Numbered from the stretch's first letter, positions 26,306-40,795 are shown. The stretch: 64,000 bases of DNA from Eledone cirrhosa (GCA_964016885.1 OZ024742.1:160518001-160582000), one strand, 5' to 3'. Numbers and translations: made by a program. The notes: a model not told the origin generated them from the letters alone.

Positions 26306-27067
26306 TTTTAAATATAGCAATGGCTTCGACAGGACTAGAACTGTTTCATTCGGGAGAAATTATCAGGAAGCCCTATATATATATATAAATATACTCATGG
26401 ATACATGTAATAAATATGTATATATAGATACGCACACACACACGCACATATATATAATTTATATATTTATATATGTACATATACACATTTATTTATATAT
26501 ATATACATTTACACACACATATATATATATACATATATATATATACATATATAATATTAATAATGAATTGGATTATAAAAGGAGGTATTCACATAATTTC
26601 TATATATCAAGATATGGATTAGCCCCGTGTATTACTATTATCCTCTCTAATGAGAATTAAAATAACCCACCGTAATGATACATGGTGTCAGGTCAGGATA
26701 ATTGAATACAAAATATTACAATCCATAATATAAGATTAGAGAACGTTAAGCAGATATTGGAATCAATTAGAAAAACCTTTTTCTTTTTACCACTAATATT
26801 TCGGTTAATGAAGATAAATATAGTATTTACATTAATAATAATTGTATTATTGACGTAAATACAGTGATAATAAATAAATTTATTTGCTCCGTCACATCAG
26901 GAACCACACAGTTAACAAAATTGATGTGTCAATTTGGATTGACAGAAAGACTAGAAAATCCACGGAAAAACATTTACTGAAAACATTTACTCATTTTGGT
27001 GTGAGTTGTATTAATAAATTACAAAGTATAAATTCATGTACATGTGTATGTATGTATATATATATAT

Positions 27068-27204
27068 GTCCAGAATTAGCCGTCGAAACGGCTTGAGCTC
27101 AGCCGTCGGGGTCTTACTTGTTCCTATTACCCACTCTACTACCCTAAGTATTGAGTACTTTGGTGCGTTATGGTCCACCTGGTTCCTTACCACATTTCCT
27201 TCGT
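27068..27204 (+). mobile_element. ~140 bp (TA)n-anchored repeat, family N, carrying only the 3' half of an HHR
   Basis: cGAAA-cggc ttgagctca gccg-TC-gggg; copies at 27898, 31880-32075 (inverted pair), 36888-37030 and 43993-44130. Confidence 0.75.
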
Positions 27205-27267
27205 TATATATATATATATATATATATATTATTTATATATATATTTATAAATGTATATATATATACA

Positions 27268-27458
27268 TAATTGTTTCTACTTTAGGCACAAGGCCAGCAA
27301 TTACCCAGTACATTACTGGTACTTTATTTTATCGACCCCGTAAGGATGAAAGGCAAAGTTAACCTCGACGGGATTTGAACTCAGACCGTAAAGGGACGTA
27401 ACTATGCTGGAAAGCATGGCGTCCGACTCTCTACCGATACTGCCAATCCACCGCCCTT
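27268..27458 (-). mobile_element. Full-length tRNA-derived SINE
   Basis: A box, B box and central domain intact. Confidence 0.88.
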
Positions 27459-27621
27459 TATATACATAATATTTATAGATATATTTATAAATGTATATAC
27501 ACATATACATATATATATATAAATATATAAACACATTTATACATTTATATACATAATATTGATATATATATTTATATATATATACATTTATATACATAAT
27601 ATTGATATATAAATATATATA

Positions 27622-27702
<81 letters not shown>

Positions 27703-27836
27703 ATATATATGTATGTATATGTATATATGTATATATATATATATGTATGTATATATATATATTATATATTTATATATATATATATATATTTAAATAAATA
27801 TAATAATTAGCTACGTAATATATATATATATATATG

Positions 27837-27888
<52 letters not shown>

Positions 27889-28489
27889 TATATATTTAGT
27901 CCAGAAATAGCCGTCGAAACGGCTTGAGCTCTGCCGTCGGGGTCATACTTTTTCCTATATATATATTTAAATAAATATAATAATTAGCTACGTAATATAT
28001 ATATATATATATATTACATAGCTAATTATTATATTTATTTAAATGAAATAAAATACTCAATCAATCTAAGTTAGGGACCGTTTATACCAAGTCATGATTC
28101 TTATGCCAAGATATAATATGATGTTACTTGGAAATCTTTTATTCATTTTGATGAATATTGACAACTTATATAATATAAGAGATTTGACGCGTGGCCTTAG
28201 ATTCAACTTTATACATATTTACCAACATATTATTATAGTTGAGGTGTAGGGAAAGTGTTTCTGACTTTTAATAAATGATTAAATGATTAATTAATTATTA
28301 AATGATTAATTAATAAATTATTATATGACCCGCCGACTTGGATAATCCTGCATTGGTTTTCATTCAAGTGTAATGGAAAATTGGTGCTGTCACAGTATTA
28401 ACATCTGTCTTTATCCAGAAATGAAATTTATGGCCCATATCTATCAGATTTAGTTGGCCTCATAAATTGTGCCTCTTATCAGATTTCTC

Positions 28490-28645
28490 AAGTGTTTTAA
28501 TGATAGAGGTACCAGAGCTCTCATGAAAACTATGCGAAATGAAACGTCTTTCTCATGAACACAATCTGCCGCCAGTCCAGGAATCGAATCCACGACCTTA
28601 TGATTGTGAGTCCAATACCCTAACCACTAGGCTATGCGCCTCAAC
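28490..28645 (-). mobile_element. Second tRNA-derived SINE family (CORE-like)
   Basis: Minus head gaggcgcatagcctagtggttaggg...gattcgattcc; related to 42672-42945 and 59441-59700. Confidence 0.65.
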
Positions 28646-29019
28646 TTATATCTATAGTGAACTGTAATGAAAAGTGTTGATGTATATTCCTCTTTTGGGA
28701 GGTATATACGTCATATGTGAAAGAAAGCGGTTAAACCGAGTATTGAAAACATGTCGCTGTCTCGATTCACTGGAGGTTAATCTCTCCCTTGAATAACTTT
28801 GTGGATGGTATGCTTACCTCGAGGGAATGTTATGCTTTTCTCATAATAAGAGAAATTACATTTTTATCGCACATTCAATACCAACCTGCCCAGAACCACT
28901 TTTCGTTCTATGAAAGAAAACCACCTATTTTAAAGGGTTCCCATTTAAATTTATATCTTCCAACATAATCTGTTATAAGACCGATTTTTTGTATCAATTT
29001 ATGTAATAAATACCGTCTT

Positions 29020-29220
29020 AATAATTATTTCTAGCCTTGGCACAAGGCTAGCAGCTTAGAGAGAGGGGAAGTCAATTATAACTGGTTCATATTTTATCGA
29101 CTCTGGTAAGATGAAATGTGAAGTTGACCTAGGTAGAATTTGATCTCAAAACGTAAAGAGCCGGAACAAATACTGGTAAGCATTTGCCCGACCCTCTACC
29201 GACACTACTAATCCACCCCA
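29020..29220 (-). mobile_element. Diverged tRNA-derived SINE
   Basis: Family match; another fragment at 29660-29790. Confidence 0.65.
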
Positions 29221-29819
29221 TCATAAAATTGAAATAATTAATAATTTTAGTAAATCACTCCAAATTCTTCATTAATTCAAATACATTAATTATTTCAGAT
29301 TCATTAGAAATATGAACATTGAAACTGGGTCACAACCTCATCTAACGGGGAGCTGAACTATTGTTTTTATGATACTTCCAATCTGCTCTTTAAATATAAA
29401 CCACCTTCTCCCTGATCTTTACCGTCATGAGTAGCAAGCGAGGGAGCCTCTGTGTGGTCGCTGAACCGACTAGAAACAGTAACCAAAACTCACTCATATT
29501 GGACACTATTGTAACTTAAACAAAGAAAAGGCCCGTTTGATATTGTTATCCAAGGTTGGACTAAGCCTGACAAAATAAATGAGATGGTCATGACTGAATT
29601 TACTATGACCACCTTGATCATATGTCTGCTCGATCAGGGCAGACGTCTGAATAAATAAGAATTATTTCTATATTTGGCACAAGGCCAGCAAGTTGTAGCG
29701 AAGGGATTGACTGGTGCTTTATTTTAAAGACCTCCGAAGGATGAAAGGTAGAGTTGACATGGCGGGATTTGAACTCTGCCAATACGACCAATCCTAACGC
29801 TTAGTTTAAATAAATGATA

Positions 29820-29962
29820 ACGATAACAACAGCAACAACAGCAAATATAACATCCCCACGAACAACAACAACACCAACAACATCGCCACCTCCATCTACA
29901 ACAGCAACAACAAATAACATCCTCACGAACAACACCAACAACATCACCACCACCAACAACAA

Positions 29963-29997
<35 letters not shown>

Positions 29998-30066
29998 ACA
30001 GCAGCAACAAAAACAACAGCAGCACCAGAACAATTGCAGCAGCAAGAAGAGCAACAACAGCAACAG
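29820..30066. repeat. Degenerate (CAA/CAG)n trinucleotide repeat
   Basis: Direct observation. Confidence 0.85.
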
Positions 30067-30814
30067 TAAATCGTGAAAATCAAACTCTTGAATAAGAAAG
30101 TTGTGGAAAAAGATACATAATTTACCAAGAATGATTGAGTCCCTTCGGAAATGGTTTAGTCTGGAACAAATCCTTTATGAAATCCGGAAGCCAGAATGGT
30201 AAACATATCCATGTGATATATTCAAGTAACCTGTGAATGTTCAATATCTATCTATGGGATATCTTGTTGCAGTTGAAGAAAAAGAAAAAAACTTTAACAA
30301 ATTTCCTGTCGACTACGTTAACTCAATAATAATGTGAACGTTACTCAGCCAGTCTCTCCAATCTTATAACACCTGTTGTTGGCGTCTTAATGACATTGTC
30401 CAAAGTAACTGTCACTTTGGAGCTGCTTAAACACATCATACTATTAATAAACATAATAAGAAGGACATCGGTAAACAAGGATCACAGCTGTTTGACTACT
30501 TTTTAACAACACTAATAACATTTCTCGCTCTCTCTCTCTCTCCTTTTTCCTCTCTCTACCTCTGCCGCATTTTGCCATTTCTAGTTTCTGTTTTAAAGCA
30601 TACGAGGAGCAACAATCACAATCACAAAATAGCTTAGAATTCTTTTTTTTCCTTGTTACCACGCCATTGTTCGCATCGCCACCAGCAGATTTTCCAGTCA
30701 TAACAACAACAAACCATTGGTAAGATCACAGTTCTTCAGTATACATACATATATACATACATACATACATACATATAAACATAAACCCCACATACATACA
30801 CCCACATATATACA

Positions 30815-30869
<55 letters not shown>

Positions 30870-31529
30870 GCATACATACGTATACATATGTTTGCACGCA
30901 TATCAGCGCTCAGAGGTATGTACGTATGTATGTATATAGGTATGTATGTACACATACATACACATACACATACATGTATGTATTTATATATATATACATA
31001 TATATATATATGTAAACATACATGCATGCATGCATACATACATACATACATACATACATACATACATACATACATACATACATACATACATACATACGTA
31101 TGTATACATACATACTCAGGCGCTCGCGTGTGGAGATTCTTGTGCCCCGCCAACATAAATATACATCCAAAGATATTTCTGTAACCCACAAACATTAAGA
31201 AGTTGGATACAAAGCGTAGTAAGATAGACTGGAAGAACGGGGAAAAGAATAGTAGAAAAGACATACCTCAATCGTGGTTGGAATGCCAGACGTTGCCAGT
31301 TATTGCAAATATGTCAACTATTGAAAAGTTTGTCACCTAAGATGAAGATATTGGTCGTTACTAAAATTCCAAGATTTAGCAGCGTGACGGCTACCATTCT
31401 TCAGTATACAGCCGGTAGTCATATGGTTAGAATCTTCTTTTTTCTGCTGACTGGCTATATAAATCAATTATATACTGTAAAAACAAAGGAACGAAAAAAG
31501 TATGTATACATAAACGTATGAATGTATGA

Positions 31530-31619
<90 letters not shown>

Positions 31620-31810
31620 ATGTAAGTATGTATGTATATATGTATATATATATATAAATATATATGTATATATATATAGTTATAAGAATAACCAAAGAGT
31701 GCTTAGAGATGCATTGTTTTATTAGCTAACAGTGTTTCATCCATACAGCATGGCAGGAATCTTCAGACCCTATAAACGTGAGTATATCAGTAGTTGCATG
31801 CTCCATCGAG

Positions 31811-31882
<72 letters not shown>

Positions 31883-32072
31883 CGAAGGAGGTGTGGTAAG
31901 GAACCAGATGGACCATAACGCACCAGAGTACTCAATAATTAGGGTAGTAGAGTGGGTAATAGGAAAATGTTTAACCACGACGGCAGAGCTCAAGCCGTTT
32001 CGACGGCTATTTCTTGAGTCCAAAAATACCCGTCGAAACGGCTTGAGCTCTGACGTCGGGGTTAAACATTTT

Positions 32073-32141
<69 letters not shown>

Positions 32142-32486
32142 GTGTGTGTGTGTGCGTGTGTGCGTGTGTGCGTGCGTGTGCGTCTCTGTCTGTGTGTGTG
32201 TATATGTATGTATGTATAAATGTATATATGGATGTTTGCATATATAAGTATGTGTTGTATGTGTGTATGTATATGAGTATGTACGTACGTATATATGTAT
32301 ACATGTATATATGCGTGTAGTGTGTTTGTATGGGTGTATGTATGATGAATGTATATACAGGTATGTAAGGTGTGTTTTTATATATATAAGTATGTATTAG
32401 TTGCTATTGAATGTCTGGAAATTTCTAGCAATTGATGTAGAAATGACTAAAACAAAAACATCACATCCGATTCACCGTTAGGATAT

Positions 32487-32519
<33 letters not shown>

Positions 32520-32560
32520 CGATATTAAACAAATGGAAACTATATTTATAAAACCATATT

Positions 32561-32626
32561 TATTTCATTATATATATTTCCGGGATACCATATTAAAAAT
32601 ATGGCATGCCTTCTTCAGATAAAATA
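32561..32626 (-). ncRNA. Hammerhead ribozyme (family E)
   Basis: tattttat-CTGAAGA-aggcatgccatatttttaatatggtatcccg-GAAA-tatata-TA-atgaaata. Confidence 0.8.
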
Positions 32627-33584
32627 CAATATATAAGCAGTTTTATAAATAAATTTGACGTACCATAAAATATTGATCAACTTCCATTTAAAAAGTTGGT
32701 TTGGTAGTGAAATGTTTGTAAATATTTAGTGTTAAGCACAGTTAGAAAGAAAGACGGAGAGAAGGAATAAATGTATGTAAAGAAAAACAGAGAGAGATAG
32801 AGAGAGATATGGGAGAGAGAAATAGTGAGGAGGTGAAAAATGAGAGGCAGCTGAGGCAACAGATAAATAATAATAATTCATCAAACAAATTGAGAGATTT
32901 AGGAGGGAGGGAGTACTGTAATTATTTAGTTATTTATTTATTTAGTTATAGTGTTAAGGAGACGGAGAGAAATAAATTTAATATGGTATCCCTGAAATAT
33001 GTATAATGAAATAAATTTGGTTTTATAAATATAGTTTCCATTTGTTTAATATCGTATATCTACTCCAAAACTTGTTGAGTGCTTGATATATCAGTTATAA
33101 AATATTTACTCGTTGTAACCCAACAATTTTAAATAAAACTTTTGCATATATATATATATATATATATATATTTTTTCTCTCTCTCGTCTACGATTTCACA
33201 GAACTTATGTTTACCGAATTCGCAGACCAGACCCCTTCTTCCTCCCATTAGACCTGTGCGAAATTCCTTCCTTGCTCACATTTCAACCAGGTTTGATGGT
33301 CTTTATTCTCTCGTTCACGATTTCACCGAATTTAAATTCATAGAAATCTGGGACTTGTCTCCTTCTTCCTCACTTTCTGTTGCTTCACCATTTTGTTTGT
33401 TTACCCTCGCGTCCTCTTTATTTACGTGTCCCAACGACTTTTTTTAGCCATTGCTCGCACAAACCGGAGGTATATGGTCTTTAAAGCGATGAAATGCCTA
33501 TGATGGTTGGAAGATCACTGATGAAGGACAAACTTTTTTCATATGTAACCCATTTGCAACTCCGCAGCGCCCTTATTATCATAT

Positions 33585-33674
<90 letters not shown>

Positions 33675-33681
<7 letters not shown>

Positions 33682-33906
33682 ACTTCTTTCATATATATAT
33701 ATAGATAGATATATATGTATTCATCAAGATCCAAAATAAACATAGGTACAAATATACAGTCATATTAGATTCACGGTTGTTGAAAAGGGAAAGGAATGTT
33801 TAAACGTATCGGACATTAATCTTTCATCATGAAAGAGTATATATATATGTATAAATGTATGTGTATATTGGTTTCTATTGAATGTCTGTAAATTACTGGC
33901 AATAGA

Positions 33907-33994
<88 letters not shown>

Positions 33995-34036
33995 TATATA
34001 ATATATATATATTATATATACGTGTGTGTGTGTATA

Positions 34037-34074
<38 letters not shown>

Positions 34075-34305
34075 TCTATTGCCAGTAATTTACAGACATT
34101 CAATAGAAACCAATATACACATACATTTATACATATATATACTCTTTCATGATGAAAGATTAATGTCCGATACGTTGAAACATTCCTTTCCCTTTTCAAC
34201 AACCGTGAATCTAATATGACTGTATATTTGTACCTATGTTTATTTTGTATCTTGATGAATACCTACATATCTATCTAAATATATATATATGAAAGACGTA
34301 AAATA
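33675..34305. repeat. Inverted repeat (~230 bp arms) around a (TA)n spacer
   Basis: 33675-33910 is the reverse complement of 34070-34305. Confidence 0.88.
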
Positions 34306-34437
34306 AGAAAATTTTAAAAATAAAAAATTAACTTACTTACTAAAATTTTCACTCTAGCTTTATTCCATCCACTGAATTATTATTTTTATATGGGTTCCTA
34401 GTGTCCGCGCATTGCCTGGGAACTTAGCTGAGAATAG

Positions 34438-34519
34438 ACTCCCTGATGACGTAAGGACTTCTCTATAGTTACATCACGTAACTATATTTATTCCCTTACA
34501 GGAACTAATTAGTTGGAGT
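34438..34519 (+). ncRNA. Hammerhead-like motif, family F (A13G), long stem II
   Basis: actcc-CTGATGA-c gtaagg..tatagttac..gtaactata..ccttac a-GGAA-ctaattag-TT-ggagt. Confidence 0.65.
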
Positions 34520-35288
34520 GAAAATTTTAGTAAGTTAATTTTTAATTTTTAAAATTTTCTTATTTTACGTCTTTCATATAACTGTTCTGCATCCCCCTGC
34601 ATAGAACCACAAAGGTACTAAGACATAACATATATATTTGCTAGCATGGGTATACATCTGTATACATATGTTGGTAGATATACTAATTCTATATATATAT
34701 GAAAACAGGGTGAAAAAGACGATTATTAGGAAAAAAAAAAATTTTTTTTACCTTTTTATTTATTTCTCTCTTTTTTCTGGGTTAGAAAATGATTAAAACG
34801 AAATATTTTACTTTGTGTGAAGTGTTAAGGTATTAGTTGATTTATTTATTAATTAACAATGGCATTTATTTATTTATTTATATATTTAATAATTGTATAT
34901 ATGTATATACCGGTTTGTGTGTATATATGTATGTGTGTGTGTGTGTCTGTGTGTGTGTGTCTGTGTGTGTGTGTCTGTGTGTGTGTCTGTGTGTGTCTGT
35001 GTATGCGTGTGTTTATGTTAGTGTGTGTGTGTGTGTGTAATTAGTAGTCCAGTCATAGATGTACGAAACGATGCTGTCTGATAATTACCTGAAATGAAAT
35101 GTTTTGCTCAAGGACATCACATCCGATTCACCGTTAGGATATATATGGTTTTAAAAATATGGTTTTAAAAATAAAAAATTAACTTACTTACTAAAATTTT
35201 CACTCTAGCTTTATTCCATCCACTGAATTATTATTTTTATATGGGTTCCTAGTGTCCGCGCATTGCCTGGGAACTTAGCTGAGAATAG

Positions 35289-35370
35289 ACTCCCTGATGA
35301 CGTAAGGACTTCTCTATAGTTACATCACGTAACTATATTTATTCCCTTACAGGAACTAATTAGTTGGAGT
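35289..35370 (+). ncRNA. Hammerhead-like motif, family F, second copy
   Basis: Identical to 34438-34519. Confidence 0.65.
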
Positions 35371-36217
35371 GAAAATTTTAGTAAGTTAATTTTTAATTTT
35401 TTAAATTTTCTTATTTTACGTCTTTCATATAATTGTTCTGCATACCCCTGCATAGAACCACAAAGGTACTAAGACATAACATATATATTTGCTAGCATGG
35501 GTATACATCTGTATACATATGTTGGTCATCAAATCAGAATGGAAAAACAGCATAACACTCGACTGAATGATTTTGCAGGCGCAGGTATTGGCTTGTCGTT
35601 AAAATGCTTTCTTCGCGGGTTCAATCCCACTGTGCGGCATCTTGGGGAAAGAATTATCTACTAAAGCATAGGATTTATCCAAGACTTGTGAGCAATGTTC
35701 CCTCTAAATTTGGTGATTATGCGGTCACTCAGTCGCTGTATTGCTGTCGCACATATAAAAACGGTTATCATTCAGAACCACAGATTTGAAAATATTTCTG
35801 CTCGGTGTATTAAAAGTGCCGCTCAGTAGTTTTCAAAAACCAGAGAAAACTTTGCTTATGAGTAACTAAATATATGGAAGTCAGTTAGATGGAGTTTATT
35901 TGTTGCCGGGTGGTAGTTACTTGGCTTTTGGTTGCCTTTAACACAATCTATCATAATGAAAGCATTACGATCAGTTCTCCTGTTATAGGGCAATTCGATC
36001 CCTTGATGTGTTGTTTCTTATCAAAGCAACGTATTTGTCATACTTTCTTCCTTTCTTTCCTCCTGTTAGTATCAGAGGCCTTATAAAAAGATAATTAACT
36101 TATTACATCAACAGCACATGTTCTGAGTACACGTATATATATATATATATCAATTTTCTATTTTCTTTACCCTATCTTTCATGATATGTTTGGGTTCAAC
36201 GTAATCCTGTTAAGTAA

Positions 36218-36311
36218 TTCTGTGAATGACGCCTGATGAGATCGTCCTGTCTTGCATCATAAACGGATGATGGAGCTGGGCCATCGAAATATGTATACTG
36301 ATTTCACGGAA
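36218..36311 (+). ncRNA. Degenerate hammerhead motif (family G)
   Basis: CTGATGA-gat...atc-GAAA-tatgta-TA; distal stem I tctgtgaa/ttcacgga, proximal stem I poor. Confidence 0.5.
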
Positions 36312-37292
36312 TTGAAACTCTAAAGAAAATGTTCCAGTCCGGCCTGCTGTTGTAGTTTATTAGATACTTTATTCCGTTCCAGCACCAACTACTGGATACC
36401 ACATCTATAATGGATGGCTTTCATGACGTTGAGTGCTTTCATTATTTGTTACATAAAGGTTTACCAACCAGAACTACAATTTCTACCCATTGGTAATCAA
36501 ACAACCTGAATGGTTTATATCTTTTTTCTATTCACCCCCCCCCCCCCAGCCCCCTTTCTCTCCCTATCACTTGACGGTTATGTCACTATTTATAAAACAA
36601 ATTTTGTATTTTATCTTATGAAAGCGCACCAAGACTGCCTTGGTTGCCCTTGAAATATATATAATAAAATAATTATGGTTTTATAAATATAGTTTCCATT
36701 TATTAATATATTGAATTATATATACAATTATATATTCGTGTACAGATATTTTTTCATACACAATAACAAAATATAAACAAACGTATTTATTTCACGAGGC
36801 TCGATAAGGATAAATATATATCAAATATATAAGAAGCCTAGAGCAAATCCCTAGCAACACCGGGCCATTCTGCTAGTATATATATATAATGAAGGAAGTG
36901 TTGTAAGGAACCAGGTGGACCATAACGCACCAGAGTACTCAATACTTAGGGTAATAGAGTTGGTAATAGGAAAATGTTCAAGACCCCGACGGCAGAGCTC
37001 GAGCTATTTCTGATTCCAAAAATATTTTCCTATATATATATATATATATATATATAAGTATGTATAAATACATATATATAATATAATATATATATATTAG
37101 AAAGGGCATCTAGCTGTAGGAACCAAGCCAAAATCAGTTTTCTGTAGGAGCAAGACATGGTCACCTGACCTAGCATTGCTCACAACAGGATAACTCATCT
37201 AACCCATACTAGCTTGGAAAAATGGCTGTTAAACGGTGATGATGATATATGTTTGATTGTAGATTTATAGGAATATATATATATATATATAT

Positions 37293-38187
37293 AATAGTAG
37301 AATAATCGAGTATCGAAAAATCGGCGCGCGAGTTCACGATAAACAAAATTCGATATGAGCGGCAGAGGGCTCAATAATTCAGATAAATCAGAGCTATAAC
37401 TATCGTTAAAATACCGTCACACATAGAACAAGTCTATAATCAACCGTACGACCGAAAGATTGCGATCTGGAAGATTCGGGACATTCAGAAAAAAATATAT
37501 CAAAAAATCAATAAATTAAATGAATGTAAAAAGCATACCCGGACCCGCTAGAAAGATGGTAAATCTAGCTTCTTGGGTTTCTGTAAATCCTTAATCTGCC
37601 CTCTATCAGCTCACATAAAAATATATGAGACTTCTAGAAGCCAGCGGACAGGAAAATTTACTTCCTCAACGAGCCTTTGTCCGAACGAATGAAAAGGCAT
37701 AACCCAGGCTGAAGGAACGCACATGTAATTCAGCAAGGGAGATAACCTCTACATCCGCAAAAAATATTCGGGAAAATGTGGAAATACACATATCGAATAA
37801 GAGTGCTCAATAGACATGTTAAAATAAACAGGAGCTATTCATCATTTAATAGAATCGAAAAAAATTAACAATAAAATTAACTGGTCAATAGCTAGGTCTA
37901 GAGCTAAAAATAGTAGAATAATCGAGTATCGAAAAATCGGCGCGCGAGTTCACGATAAACAAAATTCGATATGAGCGGCAGAGGGCTCAATAATTCAGAT
38001 AAATCAGAGCTATAACTATCGTTAAAATACCGTCACACATAGAACAAGTCTATAATCAACCGTACGACCGAAAGATTGCGATCTGGAAGATTCGGGACAT
38101 TCAGAAAAAAATATCAAAAAATCAATAAATTAAATGAATGTAAAAAGCATACCCGGACCCGCTAGAAAGATGGTAAATCTAGCTTCT
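37293..38187 (-). repeat. Partial tandem repeat (37293-37572 / 37909-38187), pLTR-like, in (TA)n
   Basis: ~280 bp direct repeat with a ~617 bp period; carries the GCTC...GAGCCCT motif on the minus strand. Confidence 0.85.
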
Positions 38188-38278
38188 ATATTTAATATTA
38201 TATATATATATACATAATTATATAATTATAATAAAATAACAGGAGGCTGGACTTGTGTAAATCCTTGAAAGGTTTATT

Positions 38279-38336
38279 ATACTATGATCATTTCAATGAC
38301 CGGGTTCCGTATGAATCCGTTGATATCCTCAGGTAT
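38279..38336 (-). ncRNA. Hammerhead ribozyme (family H)
   Basis: atac-CTGAGGA-..cggattc atacg gaacccg..-GAAA-tgatca-TA-gtat, then AATAAA. Confidence 0.78.
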
Positions 38337-39118
38337 TCGAAATATAATAAATGAATGTAACAGATAAAATCCATGGGGCTGAAAATCATAGACCCGAGGA
38401 CGACCGACCATCTAGCATCTTCCACTTTAGCCGGTCTCCCTCAAGTGCTACCCATTCGGCCTACTTAAGGCCATCTGGTGAGGGGGGTAAAGCTTATAGT
38501 GTGTTACTAACCTCCCGGTCAAAGAGAAGAAAAACAGAAAGGAAGAAGAAGGAAAGTCAGCGTTAATGTCATGCTACAAGAAAAAAGACAGAAAGAAAGA
38601 GGAAGAAAAGTCAGCATTAATGCCATGCTACAGTCAGGTCAGGAATGCCGCGAAAAAGTTATTCTAAAGGAACCGTATCTTAACCGAGGTATATATTATA
38701 ACAGAGGTATATATAGTGGGGGTCTACATGGTATAATGTGTGAGCAGAAGATTGGAACGTTATATTTTTGTTTAGATTTATAGGATTAAGTTAAAAAAAT
38801 TAAAGATTAACATTATAAAATAAAAAAATTATAAAATTGAAAATTAAACAGTTTAAACATTTTTTTAAAGGTTTTGGATTGCGAGGTTTAGTTAAAGAAA
38901 GAGTCTTTTATGAAGAAACTTTAATTGTATTATAGAGATCCTCTATAAGTTATCCGAGTGGGATGTAGAGTAAAGATTATGTCCTTGTTTAGCAGTCAAA
39001 CAGCATGCGGCGACTGCAGACTCCGGCCAGCCCATCCTAACCACGTGTCAGCCATTCCGAGTGAGATCGCCTAGCGAAAGATATGGAAATCAATTATTCC
39101 AAGCACTCTAGGAATGTA

Positions 39119-39648
39119 TTCCAGGCGTCAGGTGTGCTAGTGGGAAGTCAGCCATCGTCGTTAGGCCATCGTTATACCAAACAAGTACTATTAATTTACA
39201 CAGGAGGGGGATTGTTTAAGTAGAGGGAGGCATGATACAGCTAATAATTATGATTAGGCCTAGAAATTTAAAGGTACTGGTACTATATGGCGGTCAAAAA
39301 TTTAACGTTCCAATTTTCTGTCGGACTGTTGTGTTGGTTTTCCTGGCTGCGAGACCGGCCTCCTGGTGTATAGGCCTAACTTGAGTGTTTGGAAAAATAA
39401 ATTCCCCCCTTCTTTCGGTAAATTAAATTACTCGGAGCGGATTGATTCGCCCCGGGGCCCGCCGCTCAGCCGTTTTTTGACCGCCATATAGTACCTTTAA
39501 ATTCTAGGCCGAATCATAACTATTAGCTGTATCATGCCTCCCTCTACTTAAACAAATCCCCCTCCTGTGTAAATTAATAGTACTCGTTTGGTATAACGAT
39601 GGCCTAACGACGATGGCTGACTTCCTACTAGCACACCTGAAGCCTGGA
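39119..39648. repeat. Inverted repeat (~180 bp arms) with a ~170 bp spacer
   Basis: 39119-39300 is the reverse complement of 39472-39648. Confidence 0.85.
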
Positions 39649-40046
39649 TTTTGTTGCTATCACCAAGAATGAGGAGGAGAAGCAGTGTGTTCTTCAAGTA
39701 GTCGAAGCTCATCGTCGCAAGGTCCCGGATTTCAAAAAAGAAACTCTGAAAAAAATATGACTGGAGTTAACTTAACTGAACTTGTTTCTTCCTTTATATT
39801 CAAAGCTGGTTTACTAAATATAGCTGGATTAATAAAATAAAAAATTATTGTATGGTCATATTTGTTTTCACATTTTCATGATTTCATGCAACATAATCAC
39901 ACTTTCCACTATAATAACCATGATATAGGCAAGACTCAAAATAATTTATTTTAAACAAAATATGTTTTATTTTACCAATTGGGGCATTTATAATGGGAAA
40001 ATACACAGGGAGCGTTAGTATTGTGACCTTGGTTTTTATGGCACAC

Positions 40047-40121
<75 letters not shown>

Positions 40122-40129
40122 TATAATAT

Positions 40130-40182
<53 letters not shown>

Positions 40183-40377
40183 TTAGGTTTGTTGGTTCAC
40201 CACTGGATAGAACTGGTCATTCCGTATGGTCAATCTTGATGTAATATTATGGAGAGTACTCAACGTAGTGCAGTTCACCCGTCTTCGTTTGTGTAGTTGG
40301 TGGTGCTAATACGGAGTTAATTATTATAAATAAAATAACAGGAGGCTGGACGGGTGTAAATCCTTGAAAGGTTTATT

Positions 40378-40435
40378 ATACTATGATCATTTCAATGACC
40401 GGGTTCAGTATGAATCCGGTGATATCATCAGGTAT
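40378..40435 (-). ncRNA. Hammerhead ribozyme (family H)
   Basis: atac-CTGATGA-tatc accggattca tac tgaacccggt catt-GAAA-tgatca-TA-gtat, then AATAAA. Confidence 0.85.
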
Positions 40436-40740
40436 TTGAAATATAACAAAGGAATATAACAGATAAAATTCATGAGGCTGAAAATCAGAGACAAGAAGAC
40501 GACCGACTAATTAGCAGCTTCTACTTCAGTCGGTCGGCTTCCTAAAACTGTATTTCTTTGGAGATACGAAATATTTATACATATTGTATAAAGCTATGCT
40601 TGAAGCGAAATCCTATTTCTTTTTTAGTTTCCATTTATTTAATATCATTGAATATTTACTCCAGTAACTTGTTGAGTGCTCTAAATCAGTTATAAACATT
40701 TATATTTGTCGGACTTCCAACAAATTAAATATCCCTTCTA

Positions 40741-40795
<55 letters not shown>

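Larger units (their letters stand above)
34316..35525 (+). repeat. Direct ~360 bp repeat pair (34316-34676 and 35167-35525), family F, each with an HHR-like motif
   Basis: Near-identical copies. Confidence 0.9.

Noticed and set aside
29724-30128. Poly-Cys/Val/Asn/Thr ORFs
   Set aside because: Artefact of the degenerate (CAA/CAG)n repeat
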